Positions 19,829 to 29,624 of a stretch of DNA of 64,000 nt are shown piece by piece. The position numbers and the translations under genes were made by a program. The notes beneath the pieces are model-generated. The model was given only the letters and a program-made list of their open reading frames with translations, ran no database searches and had not been told where the DNA came from. This stretch comes from Gammaproteobacteria bacterium (lineage in GTDB: Bacteria > Pseudomonadota > Gammaproteobacteria > JABDBA01), in NCBI GenBank assembly GCA_013288885.1, contig JABDBA010000009.1, positions 4,713 to 68,712 on the forward strand. The letters are read 5' to 3'. The number at the start of each line of letters is the position of its first letter. The stretch's first letter is position 1.

Positions 19829-22420
19829 TTACAAGCCAGGCTCCACTATACCCCCATCATCAACTTGGCCTACACCAGCCCCATCATCAACCACTTCTTC
19901 TACGCGCTGCAAGCCGACTAATTTTTCGCCTTCGTTAAGGCGGATTAAACGCACGCCTTGCGAATTGCGGCCAGCGCTACGAATTTCATCGACACGGGTG
20001 CGTACCAACGTACCGCGATCGCTGATCAACATAATTTCATCGGTCGGCACGACTTGAATAGCGCCCACCACTTGCCCGTTGCGTTCAGTTACTTTAATGG
20101 CCACTACACCTTGACCGCCACGCCCTGTAACACGATGTTCATCGATGGGTGTGCGTTTGCCATAACCATTTTCAGTCGCGGTAAGAATTTCACCTTGCGG
20201 CTCAGCAATAATTAACGAAATCAGGCGTTGGCCTTCTTTAAGTCTCACTCCGCGCACACCGCGTGCTACACGGCCCATGCTACGCACTTTGCTTTCGGCA
20301 AAACGAATCGCTTTACCGGAGTTTGTAAACAATAATACATCACGTTGGCCATCGGTCAACGCCACGCCGACTAAGCGATCGGTGTCATCTAAACCTAGTG
20401 CGATAATGCCATCAGCACGCGGCCGTGAAAAATCAGAAAGACTGGTTTTTTTCACCGTACCATTCGCCGTCGCCATAAAAATATATTTATCTTCTTGATA
20501 TTCACGCACCGGTAAAATGGCATGAATATTTTCGTTCTCTGCCAACGGCAATAAATTAACGATCGGTTTACCGCGTGAAATACGGCTGCCTTCGGGTAAT
20601 TTATACACTTTGAGCCAATAAACTTTGCCTAAACTGGAGAAGCACAATAACGTATCATGAGTATTCGCAATCAACAGATGTTCTACTACGTCTTCATCTT
20701 TCACGCTGGTCGCGGCTTTACCTTTGCCACCACGACGTTGCGCTTGATACGCATCCATAGCTTGCGTTTTAGCATAACCTTCGCGCGAAAAAGTGACTAC
20801 CACATCTTGTGATGGTATTAAATCTTCGTGGTTAAAATCAGCGTCATTGCTGGTAATTTCGGTGCGGCGCGCATCGCCAAAATCTTTTTGAATCGCTAAT
20901 AATTCCGCACGAATCACTTGCATTAAGCGATCGCCGCTGGATAAAATTTCAAGCAATTCTTTTATCGCATCGAGTTGTTGTTGATATTCAGCGATGATCT
21001 TATCTTGTTCTAAACCGGTCAAACGATGTAAACGTAAATCTAAGATCGCTTGCGCTTGCACTATTGATAAACGATAACCTGCTGCGGTTACCCCAAATTC
21101 AACGCCGAGTTCTTCGGGTTTAGTAATCACACTCCCTGCACGTTCTAACATCTGCACCACAGCACCGGGCTGCCAAGTTTTTTCAACTAATTTTGTTTTA
21201 GCTTCGGCAGGATCTTTAGCGGCTTTAATTAACGCAATAATCGGATCAATGTTGACCAGCGCGATGCCAAGACCTTCTAAAATATGGGCGCGATCACGCG
21301 CTTTGCGCAAATCAAACAATGTTCTACGCGTTACTACTTCGCGTCGATGACGAATAAAAGCTTCGATAATTTCTTTTAAATTTAAGATGCGCGGTTGATT
21401 GTCAACTAACGCTACCATATTGATACCAAACACGGTCTGCAATTGGGTTTGTACATATAAATTATTTAATACTACATCGACTATTTCGCCACGGCGTAAT
21501 TCGATATAGATGCGCATGCCTTCTTTATCGGATTCATCGCGCAGTGCAGTAATGCCTTCAATTTTTTTATCTTTCACCAATTCGGCGATGCGTTCGATCA
21601 AGCGCGCTTTGTTGACTTGATAAGGCAGTTCCGTGACGATAATCGATTGCTTACCATTTTTCGCATCGGTTTCAATATGTGTTTTTGAGCGTATAAAAAT
21701 GCGGCCACGGCCGGTGCGATACGCTTCGAGAATGCCCGCACGCCCTTGAATAGTCGCGGCAGTGGGGAAATCAGGGCCAGGAACATGTTGCATGAGTTGT
21801 TCTAAATCGAGTTCAGGGTTATCGATTAGTGCAATACAGGCATTGATCACTTCGGTTAAATTATGCGGCGGAATGTTGGTCGCCATACCCACGGCAATAC
21901 CGGAAGAACCATTAATGAGTAGATTAGGTATTTGGGTCGGAAATACCACAGGGGCATGTTCGGTGCCATCGTAGTTAGGTGCAAAGTCGACGGTTTCTTT
22001 GTCTAAATCGGCCATTAGGGCATGGGCGAGTCGTGCCATGCGGACTTCGGTATAACGCATTGCTGCTGGGGCATCGCCGTCGACGGAGCCGAAGTTTCCC
22101 TGGCCATCGATGAGTGGGTAGCGCAGCGAAAATGGTTGTGCCATGCGAACAATGGTATCGTAAACTGCGGTGTCACCGTGGGGGTGATATTTACCGATCA
22201 CGTCACCGACTACGCGGGCGGATTTTTTATAGGCTTTGTTCCAGTCGTTGCCAAGTTCGACCATGGCGTATAATACGCGCCGATGGACGGGTTTTAAGCC
22301 ATCGCGGACATCGGGCAGCGCTCGCCCGATGATTACGCTCATCGCGTAGTCGAGATACGATTGTTTTAGTTCAGATTCGATGGTAACTGGGATAATTTCG
22401 TTAGCAGGTTGGTTTATCAT
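19829..22420 (-). CDS. gyrA: DNA gyrase subunit A
   Basis: [30 protein letters not shown]..., active-site region [21 protein letters not shown]. The start is trimmed to the ATG at 22420; the track's 35-aa N-terminal extension is implausible. Confidence 0.97.
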   Translation of the reverse strand: MINQPANEIIPVTIESELKQSYLDYAMSVIIGRALPDVRDGLKPVHRRVLYAMVELGNDWNKAYKKSARVVGDVIGKYHPHGDTAVYDTIVRMAQPFSLRYPLIDGQGNFGSVDGDAPAAMRYTEVRMARLAHALMADLDKETVDFAPNYDGTEHAPVVFPTQIPNLLINGSSGIAVGMATNIPPHNLTEVINACIALIDNPELDLEQLMQHVPGPDFPTAATIQGRAGILEAYRTGRGRIFIRSKTHIETDAKNGKQSIIVTELPYQVNKARLIERIAELVKDKKIEGITALRDESDKEGMRIYIELRRGEIVDVVLNNLYVQTQLQTVFGINMVALVDNQPRILNLKEIIEAFIRHRREVVTRRTLFDLRKARDRAHILEGLGIALVNIDPIIALIKAAKDPAEAKTKLVEKTWQPGAVVQMLERAGSVITKPEELGVEFGVTAAGYRLSIVQAQAILDLRLHRLTGLEQDKIIAEYQQQLDAIKELLEILSSGDRLMQVIRAELLAIQKDFGDARRTEITSNDADFNHEDLIPSQDVVVTFSREGYAKTQAMDAYQAQRRGGKGKAATSVKDEDVVEHLLIANTHDTLLCFSSLGKVYWLKVYKLPEGSRISRGKPIVNLLPLAENENIHAILPVREYQEDKYIFMATANGTVKKTSLSDFSRPRADGIIALGLDDTDRLVGVALTDGQRDVLLFTNSGKAIRFAESKVRSMGRVARGVRGVRLKEGQRLISLIIAEPQGEILTATENGYGKRTPIDEHRVTGRGGQGVVAIKVTERNGQVVGAIQVVPTDEIMLISDRGTLVRTRVDEIRSAGRNSQGVRLIRLNEGEKLVGLQRVEEVVDDGAGVGQVDDGGIVEPGL

Positions 22421-22488
22421 GGGTGTAAAATTGTATGGGTAAATTAAGAGTTGGAATTTTACCATAAAGCAGTGAGAATAATAATAGT

Positions 22489-23859
22489 ATGTCAACAAAA
22501 TACCCGCTAGAAATCCCTTACTCACAAGACAGCAGTTCTTTGTTCGAAAAAATCGCGGATTTGCCCTGGCCGGTGTTTTTAGATAGTTGCAAGCCTTATA
22601 ATGCCCAGGGGCGTTTTGACATTATCAGCGCTGGCCCTTCCACGCGCTTGACCACTGTTAGCCAAATCACCGAAATTCAGCGCAAAGATGGTGTAACTAC
22701 CAGCAGTGCCGATCCCTTTGACCTGCTGCAAGCAGAATTGAAAAACCACCCAACCGGCAGGCTTGACGATTTGCCCTTTGCTGGTGGTGCGTTGGGCTAT
22801 TTTTCGTATGATTTGGCACGGCGTTTAGAGGTGTTGCCCACCCTCAGTCAACAAGATATACATCTGCCAGAAATGGCGGTGGGCATTTATGATTGGGCAA
22901 TCATGGTGGATCATCAACAGCAGCGGGCTTGGCTAACTACACACCATCAAGGCAACTTAGCAGATACTATTTGCCAACCTATTTTGGAACGTTTGCAGCA
23001 ACCGCTAATACCATCGACGACTACTCCTTTTGCGTTATTGCAACCATTTCATTCCAATTTCGATCAGGCTGGCTATGCGCAAGCATTCCATAAAATTCAA
23101 CAACATCTACGCAAGGGTGATTGTTATCAAGTGAATCTTGCACAACGTTTTAGCAGTACTGTGCGCGGTTCTCCTTGGCAAACTTATAAAATATTACGCC
23201 AACATAATCCTTCTACCTTTGCAGCGTTTATAAAAATCACTCATGGCGCTATTTTAAGTTTGTCGCCCGAACGTTTTTTAAAAGTTTGCCACGACCAGGT
23301 CGAAACAAAACCCATCAAAGGTACACGGCCACGTGGCAATAATGAGCAACACGATCAACAGCTGGCTAATGAGTTACGCAATGATCCCAAAGAGTTGGCG
23401 GAAAATTTAATGATTGTGGATCTACTGCGCAATGATTTAAGCAAAAGTTGCGAGCCAGGATCCATTCAAGTACCTAAATTATTTGATCTAGAAAGTTTAG
23501 CCTCTGTTCATCATTTAGTGAGCACGGTCACTGGCAAACTGGCACGCGGAAAAACCAGTTTAGATTTATTGCGCAGTTGTTTTCCCGGTGGCTCGGTCAC
23601 CGGCGCACCTAAATTACGCGCGATGGAAATTATTGAATCACTAGAACCGCATCGACGTAATATTTATTGCGGCAGCATTGGTTATGTTGATTTTAACGGC
23701 AGTATGGATTGTAATATTGCTATCCGCACCCTGCTTTGGTTAGAAGAAAATTTGTATTGTTATGCGGGTGGTGCGATCACTATCGATTCCAACGTTGAAA
23801 ATGAATATGCAGAAACGATGACTAAAATAGCCACCATACTCAATGTATTAACGCCATGA
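22489..23859 (+). CDS. pabB: Aminodeoxychorismate synthase component I
   Basis: Chorismate-binding family blocks ([16 protein letters not shown]). 456 aa. Confidence 0.8.
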   Translation: MSTKYPLEIPYSQDSSSLFEKIADLPWPVFLDSCKPYNAQGRFDIISAGPSTRLTTVSQITEIQRKDGVTTSSADPFDLLQAELKNHPTGRLDDLPFAGGALGYFSYDLARRLEVLPTLSQQDIHLPEMAVGIYDWAIMVDHQQQRAWLTTHHQGNLADTICQPILERLQQPLIPSTTTPFALLQPFHSNFDQAGYAQAFHKIQQHLRKGDCYQVNLAQRFSSTVRGSPWQTYKILRQHNPSTFAAFIKITHGAILSLSPERFLKVCHDQVETKPIKGTRPRGNNEQHDQQLANELRNDPKELAENLMIVDLLRNDLSKSCEPGSIQVPKLFDLESLASVHHLVSTVTGKLARGKTSLDLLRSCFPGGSVTGAPKLRAMEIIESLEPHRRNIYCGSIGYVDFNGSMDCNIAIRTLLWLEENLYCYAGGAITIDSNVENEYAETMTKIATILNVLTP

Positions 23860-24461
23860 TTAAAATAACCAAAACAAAATTGTTAGCTTATTTTGCAGAA
23901 AAAAATAAAACTCAATCTGCTGCGCCTGCTGTTAAGACATCGGCAGAAACTACCTTAACACCTGCAGCTGTTTTGATCCCCATCATTGATGATGAACACG
24001 AATTACTGGTGCTATTTACACAACGTACCGAGCAATTAAGCAATCATGCCGGGCAAATTAGTTTTCCCGGTGGCAAAATGGAAGCCATTGATCAGAGTTT
24101 AGAAGAAACAGCATTGCGCGAAACAGCTGAAGAAATTGGTCTTGCACCTAATGCGATAAAATTATTAGGCACTTGCAATCCTGCAGGTAGCAGCACGGGT
24201 TTTTTAGTTACGCCTTTTGTAGGTATTATCACGCCACCTTTACAACTTAAAATTGATCCACGCGAAGTGGCCAGTGTATTTACCGCCCCACTCAATTTTG
24301 TGTTAGATCCCGTGCATCAACAACAGCAAGTAATTGCTTATAAAGGGCAACAACGCAATATCATGGTCATTCAATATGGCGAACACAGAATCTGGGGATT
24401 AACAGCGGCAATCTTAGTCAATTTTGGAAGGGATTTGCAAACCACACTCAATGCAGTTTAA
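23856..24461 (+). CDS. nudL: Nudix hydrolase, CoA pyrophosphatase type
   Basis: Nudix box GGKMEAIDQSLEETALRETAEEIGL, preceded by the CoA-type motif LFTQRTEQLSNHAGQISFPGG. Confidence 0.75.
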   Translation: MIKITKTKLLAYFAEKNKTQSAAPAVKTSAETTLTPAAVLIPIIDDEHELLVLFTQRTEQLSNHAGQISFPGGKMEAIDQSLEETALRETAEEIGLAPNAIKLLGTCNPAGSSTGFLVTPFVGIITPPLQLKIDPREVASVFTAPLNFVLDPVHQQQQVIAYKGQQRNIMVIQYGEHRIWGLTAAILVNFGRDLQTTLNAV

Positions 24462-24474
24462 GAAAAACACCGTT

Positions 24475-24504
24475 GTCGGCTCCGCTACGCTTGAGCCGAC
24501 CTAC
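24475..24504 (-). repeat. REP-like singlet (family B, GTAG plus hairpin) between convergent genes
   Basis: The reverse complement reads GTAGGTCGGCTCAAGCGTAGCGGAGCCGAC (GTAG followed by an 8-bp stem). Confidence 0.75.
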
Positions 24505-24529
24505 GGTTACTCCTCTACTTTCATCACTT

Positions 24530-25186
24530 TTAGTTATTACTGTTGGTTGAACTATCGGAACTACCACCAGCAGGCGTTGTAGAAGGAATGCTGCTATCTG
24601 GTGTTTGCGTTGGTTCAGCCTGTGATGCACCTGGGTTGGAATTATCAGGTGTCATCGACGTTGCTGCTGGAGCACCAGACTGATCTTGCGCCGGTGTTGA
24701 AGGAGCCATCATCGACTGATCTTGCCCTGTGGGAGCCGCAGGTTGACCTTGCATGGTAGATGGGCTAGCAGGTGCAGTAGTCGTTGTCGTCGTAGTCGTT
24801 TGCTGAGTTTGATCAGAAGGACTTGGAGCCGCTGACTGGTCTTGCATAGCCGATTGGTCAGCCGTGTTAGGAGCTGTTGACTGCATAGGTTGTTGACCTT
24901 GCATAGCTGATTGATCAGTCATGCTTGGTGTGGTTGGTTGCATCGGTTGGCTTTGTTGCATTGCCGATTGATCAGTGGTGCTAGGAGCAGCCTGACTAGA
25001 TGGGCCTGTTGCAGGTGCTGCAGGTTGAACTTGCGAATTATCAGCCGGAGTTGTTGTAGCAGGCTGGGTCGCTGTCGCTGTGTTATTTGTTGGCGCTGCA
25101 GTAGGAGCAGGTGTAGAGCTTCCTGATTGTGAGCAACCGGTTAAGGAAGCAGCAACCAAAGCGGTCAATAGTAACTTTTTGTACAT
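24530..25186 (-). CDS. Low-complexity P/Q/T/S-rich lipoprotein with DQSAMQ repeats
   Basis: Lipobox LTGC at the N-terminus. Repeated motif (T/A)DQSAMQ-QxPMQ-T-P occurs 3-4 times. Confidence 0.6.
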   Translation of the reverse strand: MYKKLLLTALVAASLTGCSQSGSSTPAPTAAPTNNTATATQPATTTPADNSQVQPAAPATGPSSQAAPSTTDQSAMQQSQPMQPTTPSMTDQSAMQGQQPMQSTAPNTADQSAMQDQSAAPSPSDQTQQTTTTTTTTAPASPSTMQGQPAAPTGQDQSMMAPSTPAQDQSGAPAATSMTPDNSNPGASQAEPTQTPDSSIPSTTPAGGSSDSSTNSNN

Positions 25187-25383
25187 GAGGAATTCCCCTA
25201 TAAAATGTGAAGTTCAAGATAATACTCGCAGCCTTTTACCTACTAAAGAAACAGAGGCAAAGTACTGTGCCTTTGCAAAGCCCGCATAGAATAACAAAAC
25301 TTTTGCCAAAACAAAATAATTAAGTCATTATTCTGCTATATTATACAATCTAATTGATGTTTTATTTACAAGGAGTAAACAAA

Positions 25384-25713
25384 ATGAAAAAAGCATTGAG
25401 TTATTTTTGTGCATTATTGTTCTTTGCCGTGAATTTAAGCGCTTTTGCAGACCCACCTCCTTCTATACCACCCGGACAACACCCTGGCGCTATTGCGATG
25501 ACTGCTGATGCTGTTCTAATGCGACCATTGTTATTGGCTGCTACTATCGGGGGAGCTGTGGTATTTATTGCAACACTTCCCTTTTCCGCTATGGGCGGAA
25601 ATGTGCATCAAGCTGGGGAAGCATTAGTAGGCGTTCCCGCTAATGCTACTTTTAAGCGCTGTTTGGGTTGTGATACCACCGATGGCACTGATGCAAGTGC
25701 TGTGAGTTACTAA
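25384..25713 (+). CDS. Exported or membrane protein of unknown function
   Basis: The start is moved to the ATG at 25384 (AAGGAG upstream), giving signal peptide MKKALSYFCALLFFAVNLSAFA. There is an internal hydrophobic segment. The stop codon lies at the edge of repeat A. Confidence 0.5.
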   Translation: MKKALSYFCALLFFAVNLSAFADPPPSIPPGQHPGAIAMTADAVLMRPLLLAATIGGAVVFIATLPFSAMGGNVHQAGEALVGVPANATFKRCLGCDTTDGTDASAVSY

Positions 25714-25754
25714 ATCCCCCCTAGCCCCCCTTTTTCAAAGGGGGGAACAGGAAA
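25712..25754 (+). repeat. Hairpin repeat family A, variant 1
   Basis: Same sequence as 11469-11513. Confidence 0.9.
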
Positions 25755-25756
25755 TT

Positions 25757-25845
25757 GTAGGTCGGATCAAGGAGCGCAGCGACGGATCCGACATACAATG
25801 CTAGCAATTATCGCTGTCGGTTCCGCTTCGCTTGAACCGACCTAC
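25757..25845. repeat. REP doublet (BIME-like, family B)
   Basis: GTAGGTCGGATCAAGGAGCGCAGCGACGGATCCGACA, then a 21-nt linker, then TGTCGGTTCCGCTTCGCTTGAACCGACCTAC. These are two inverted GTAG-hairpin units. Confidence 0.85.
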
Positions 25846-25862
25846 CTGTTTGATCCCTTGCT

Positions 25863-27521
25863 CTACTCCCGCAACGCCCGGCGCAATATCTTGCCCACAT
25901 TAGTTTTGGGTAGCGAGGAGCGGAATTCGATATATTTCGGTCTCTTATAGCCGGTTAAACGTTCGCGGCAAAAAGCTTTTAACTCTTCGGACGTCAGGTT
26001 CGGATCTTTCTTCACCACAAATGCTTTTACTGCTTCACCGGTAGCAGCATCAGCGACACCAATCACTGCCACTTCAAATACTCCTGGGTGACTGGCAATC
26101 ACATCTTCAACTTCATTTGGATAAACGTTGAACCCAGAAACTAAAATCATATCTTTTTTGCGATCAATAATATAAATAAAACCATCTTCATCCATACGCA
26201 CAATATCACCCGTGCGCAACCAACCATCTGCTGATAACACATTTTTCGTTTCTTCGGGGTTGTTCCAATAACCCAACATTACTTGTGGGCCTTTAACACA
26301 AAGCTCCCCTACTTCACCTAAGGCCAATTCTTCTCCCTCTTCATTACGAATTGAAATATCAGTGGAAGGAAACGGCAAGCCAATGCTACCGTTATAAGCC
26401 GGTAAATTGAGCGGTGCAGCACAAACTACGGGTGAGGCCTCGGTCAAGCCATAACCTTCTAATAAAGATTTGCCAGTGATTTTTTTCCACTGATCAGCCA
26501 CCGCATGTTGTACCGCCGCGCCACCACCCAAGGCAATTTTTAAAGTACTAAAATCTAATTTAGAAAAATTCAAATTATTGGCCAGCGCATTAAATAAAGT
26601 GTTAACTGCCGGAATTACAGTAAATGGCACTTTTGCTAATTCAGCTACCATGCCAGGGATATCACGCGGATTGGTGATTAAAACATTTAAACCGCCAAAG
26701 CGTAAAAAAGTTAGGCAACTCGAAGTCAATGAAAAAATGTGATACATCGGTATGGCAGTGATAACCACTTCTTTGCCTTCGGTTAATACAGGTCTGATCC
26801 ACGCTAAAACTTGTTCGACATTGGCAACCATATTTCGGTGTGTCAGCATTGCACCTTTGACAATACCAGTAGTACCACCGGTATATTGCAGAAAAGCAAT
26901 ATCTGATCCATTCACTACTACAGGGGTAAAAGATAATTTGCTGCCTTCTGCCAATATTTTTTTAAAAGAAAGCGCACGCGGTATGGCACGCAATGGAACG
27001 AGGTGCTTGATATATTTTACCACGAAATTAATCAGCATCGATTTAGGCCAAGAGCATAAATCAGCTATCTCAGTGACGATAATATTTTTTAGTTGGGTCT
27101 GCGACAACGCGCGTTGCACTACTGCGGTAAAATTTGCTAATACAACAATAGTGTCTGTTTTTGCATCATTGATCTGATGCACCAATTCGGGTGTTGTATA
27201 CAAAGGATTAACATTGACGATAACTAAACCTGCTTGCAGCGCACCAAATAATGCAATGGGATATTGCAAAATATTAGGCATCATCAGCGCGATACGATCG
27301 CCTTTTTTAAGTTTGAGTGTTTGTTGCAAATAAGCGGCAAAAGCACGGCTGAGTTGCGTCACTTGCCGGTAGGTTAATTGGCAACCGAGATTACGTAGGG
27401 CAGGTTGGTCTTTATATTTGTCGCAACTTTGCTCCAGCAATTCAACCAAAGAAGAATAAGCGTCAGGATTAATTTCCGCAGGTACTCCTTCCGGGTAATT
27501 TTTTAGCCAGATCTTTTCCAT
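25863..27521 (-). CDS. fadD: Long-chain-fatty-acid--CoA ligase
   Basis: AMP-binding motif YTGGTTGIVKGAMLTHRN and C-terminal GKILRRALRE. 552 aa. Confidence 0.88.
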   Translation of the reverse strand: MEKIWLKNYPEGVPAEINPDAYSSLVELLEQSCDKYKDQPALRNLGCQLTYRQVTQLSRAFAAYLQQTLKLKKGDRIALMMPNILQYPIALFGALQAGLVIVNVNPLYTTPELVHQINDAKTDTIVVLANFTAVVQRALSQTQLKNIIVTEIADLCSWPKSMLINFVVKYIKHLVPLRAIPRALSFKKILAEGSKLSFTPVVVNGSDIAFLQYTGGTTGIVKGAMLTHRNMVANVEQVLAWIRPVLTEGKEVVITAIPMYHIFSLTSSCLTFLRFGGLNVLITNPRDIPGMVAELAKVPFTVIPAVNTLFNALANNLNFSKLDFSTLKIALGGGAAVQHAVADQWKKITGKSLLEGYGLTEASPVVCAAPLNLPAYNGSIGLPFPSTDISIRNEEGEELALGEVGELCVKGPQVMLGYWNNPEETKNVLSADGWLRTGDIVRMDEDGFIYIIDRKKDMILVSGFNVYPNEVEDVIASHPGVFEVAVIGVADAATGEAVKAFVVKKDPNLTSEELKAFCRERLTGYKRPKYIEFRSSLPKTNVGKILRRALRE

Positions 27522-27603
27522 TTTGTTAACCTTACTTGACAGAAGTCTACCAGCACAATATCTTCACCCTAGGGAAAACACAAGTAGGCAAGGTGATAAT
27601 TTT

Positions 27604-28338
27604 ATGACCAAAACAACGCGCGATACTTCTAATACGAGTTTCCAGCTCAAAGGTGGGTTATTTACCTTGACGGTGATTTATTTGTTTAATCCTGAACTTA
27701 CCGTTTTGGGTGAACAACTCGCTAAGCTGGTGAAGCAAACACCGAAATTTTTTCAGAATATGCCGGTGGTTATTGATCTGCATAAATTGCAGCCGCCGAG
27801 TGCAACGCTTGATTTTACTAGTCTAATTCAGTGTTTGCGTGAGCATGGCTTAATACCTATTGGGGTGCGTAGTGGTAATGCGCTACAGCACGAAGCCGCC
27901 GCAAGTATTGGTTTGGCGATTATGCCTAATACTAAAACAGAAGCGACTGCTGAACCCGCTACTATTAAACCTACCGTGGCAACTGATGCTGCTCCGGCCG
28001 CTCCTGCTGTTGTGTTGACCAAAATCATTACGCAACCCATTCGTTCGGGCCAGCAGATCTATGCACGTAACAGTGATCTGGTGGTATTAGGGCCGGTGAG
28101 CCCGGGTGCGGAGTTAATTGCTGATGGCAACATTCATATTTATGGCGCTCTACGGGGTCGTGCGCTGGCCGGTGTTAGCGGTAATCAAAGCGCACGTATT
28201 TTTTGTCAAACATTAGAAGCGGAACTGGTTTCTATCGCCGGGCATTATTGGATCAGCGAAGATTTACACAACAGCGCAATGAAAGAAAACGTCCATATTT
28301 ATCTAGAAAAAGAACGCTTGCATGTGAGTACCTACTAG
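27604..28338 (+). CDS. minC: Septum site-determining protein MinC
   Basis: C-terminal beta-helix RSGQQIYARNSDLVVLGPVSPGAELIADGNIHIYGALRGRALAG. The start is trimmed to the ATG at 27604. Confidence 0.85.
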   Translation: MTKTTRDTSNTSFQLKGGLFTLTVIYLFNPELTVLGEQLAKLVKQTPKFFQNMPVVIDLHKLQPPSATLDFTSLIQCLREHGLIPIGVRSGNALQHEAAASIGLAIMPNTKTEATAEPATIKPTVATDAAPAAPAVVLTKIITQPIRSGQQIYARNSDLVVLGPVSPGAELIADGNIHIYGALRGRALAGVSGNQSARIFCQTLEAELVSIAGHYWISEDLHNSAMKENVHIYLEKERLHVSTY

Positions 28339-28341
28339 AAA

Positions 28342-28914
28342 ATGAGCGAAACTCAACTAATTGCCGGAGTTGATGAAGCGGGGCGCGGTCCGTTGGCGGG
28401 GCCGGTATTTGCAGCTGCGGTTATTTTAGATCCCGCTCAACCTATTGCAGGTTTAGCAGATTCCAAAATGTTGTCGCCTAAACAACGCGAAGCGCTGGTT
28501 AAATTAATTTGTAAACACGCGAAAGCTTATGCTGTCGGTCGTGCAGAAGCACACGAGATTGATAATATTAATATTTTGCAAGCAAGTTTATTGGCAATGT
28601 CACGTGCTATTGCTGCGTTGGCAATTCAACCCGAATTGGTTTTAGTCGATGGTAATTTTTGCCCCAAAGTAGTTTGCAGAGCAAAAGCAATCATCAAAGG
28701 CGACCAATTAATTCCCGCCATCAGTGCCGCTTCTATTATCGCTAAAGTAATGCGCGATCAAGAAATGATATTGATCGACGAACAATATCCCGGATATGGC
28801 TTCGCGAAACACAAAGGCTATGGCACTGCCCAACATCTCGCCGCGTTAAAAAAATTAGGCCCCTGCGCCATTCACCGCCAATCGTTTGCGCCGATTAAAA
28901 ATATAGGGTTGTAG
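28342..28914 (+). CDS. rnhB: Ribonuclease HII
   Basis: [15 protein letters not shown] catalytic motif. 190 aa. Confidence 0.93.
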   Translation: MSETQLIAGVDEAGRGPLAGPVFAAAVILDPAQPIAGLADSKMLSPKQREALVKLICKHAKAYAVGRAEAHEIDNINILQASLLAMSRAIAALAIQPELVLVDGNFCPKVVCRAKAIIKGDQLIPAISAASIIAKVMRDQEMILIDEQYPGYGFAKHKGYGTAQHLAALKKLGPCAIHRQSFAPIKNIGL

Positions 28915-28921
28915 ATTTCTT

Positions 28922-29188
28922 CTACCGTTTTAATTTCTTATAGACTTCACCACCGTTACGTTTGCCAATTAATTTAATGTAAACAATAGAATCGTCGAAG
29001 CTATAGATAATACGGTATTCGCCAATATCGACACGATACATGTCATCAAAACCCTGTAATTTAGATGAATCATGAGGTCTTAGATTTTTTATAAGGCACA
29101 AAACAGTGGTGACAATTTGTTTATATTGTTTGGCAGGTAAATCCATTAAAAAATCACCTGCGTGTTTTGATAAGTCAATCTTGAGCAT
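28922..29188 (-). CDS. RelE/ParE-family type II toxin
   Basis: 88 aa. ...YRVDIGEYRIIYSFDDSIVYIKLIGKRNGGEVYKKLKR is typical of RelE/StbE. Overlaps the upstream antitoxin gene by 14 nt. Confidence 0.8.
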   Translation of the reverse strand: MLKIDLSKHAGDFLMDLPAKQYKQIVTTVLCLIKNLRPHDSSKLQGFDDMYRVDIGEYRIIYSFDDSIVYIKLIGKRNGGEVYKKLKR

Positions 29189-29438
29189 GTTTATGACGGG
29201 CTTCTAATTGTTTTAATAAAGCGGCGGATTCTTCAGGACCTAAAGAACCTGTTTTGCTGGCTTCTATTGCTTTAAGTCCCCAGACTAAATCTTCTAGTTC
29301 TAAAAACTTTTGGTAATCATGATAGGAAACAATAACATAAGCCGTGCGACCATTTTTGTCGACAGAGACAGGCTCTCGTTGCGAGGCTTCAAGATATTGA
29401 CCAAGCTTATTTTTTAGTTCAGTTGCTGTTACGTGCAT
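29175..29438 (-). CDS. Phd/YefM-family antitoxin
   Basis: MHVTATELKNKLGQYLEASQREPVSVDKNGRTAYVIVSYHDYQKFLELED. The start is trimmed to the ATG at 29438. Confidence 0.75.
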   Translation of the reverse strand: MHVTATELKNKLGQYLEASQREPVSVDKNGRTAYVIVSYHDYQKFLELEDLVWGLKAIEASKTGSLGPEESAALLKQLEARHKHAQD

Positions 29439-29624
29439 AAAGATACCCTTAAGGAAATAAATGTCTAAAATAGCTAATTTGTCTATATTAGACATTATAG
29501 ACCATTGCACAAATTATTCAAGGCAAAAGTTTTCTACGAGATAACACAGTTTAACTTACATTATAATATAATGAACTAATTCATAAATATAGCAATTTTT
29601 AATATTAATCGCTAAAAAATTAAC

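Noticed and set aside
22169-22171. GyrA QRDR has Thr ([10 protein letters not shown]) where E. coli has Ser83. This could be a fluoroquinolone-resistance substitution.
   Set aside because: Thr at this position is the wild-type state in Legionella and several other lineages. Resistance alleles are typically Ile, Leu or Phe.
22421-22525. Track start codons giving N-terminal extensions: gyrA (22525), rpsB (49501), bamA (41286), cdsA (45628), minC (27523), the antitoxin (29510) and ORF 25354.
   Set aside because: The conserved protein N-termini, signal peptides and Shine-Dalgarno sequences fit internal ATGs better. The coordinates were trimmed accordingly.
29599-29624. TTAATATT upstream of the HEAT-repeat gene resembles a half-site of the PmrA box (tandem TTAATATT) that controls Dot/Icm effectors in Legionella and Coxiella.
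   Set aside because: Only one half-site is present. It sits within ~25 nt of the start codon in generally AT-rich DNA, so a chance match is likely.
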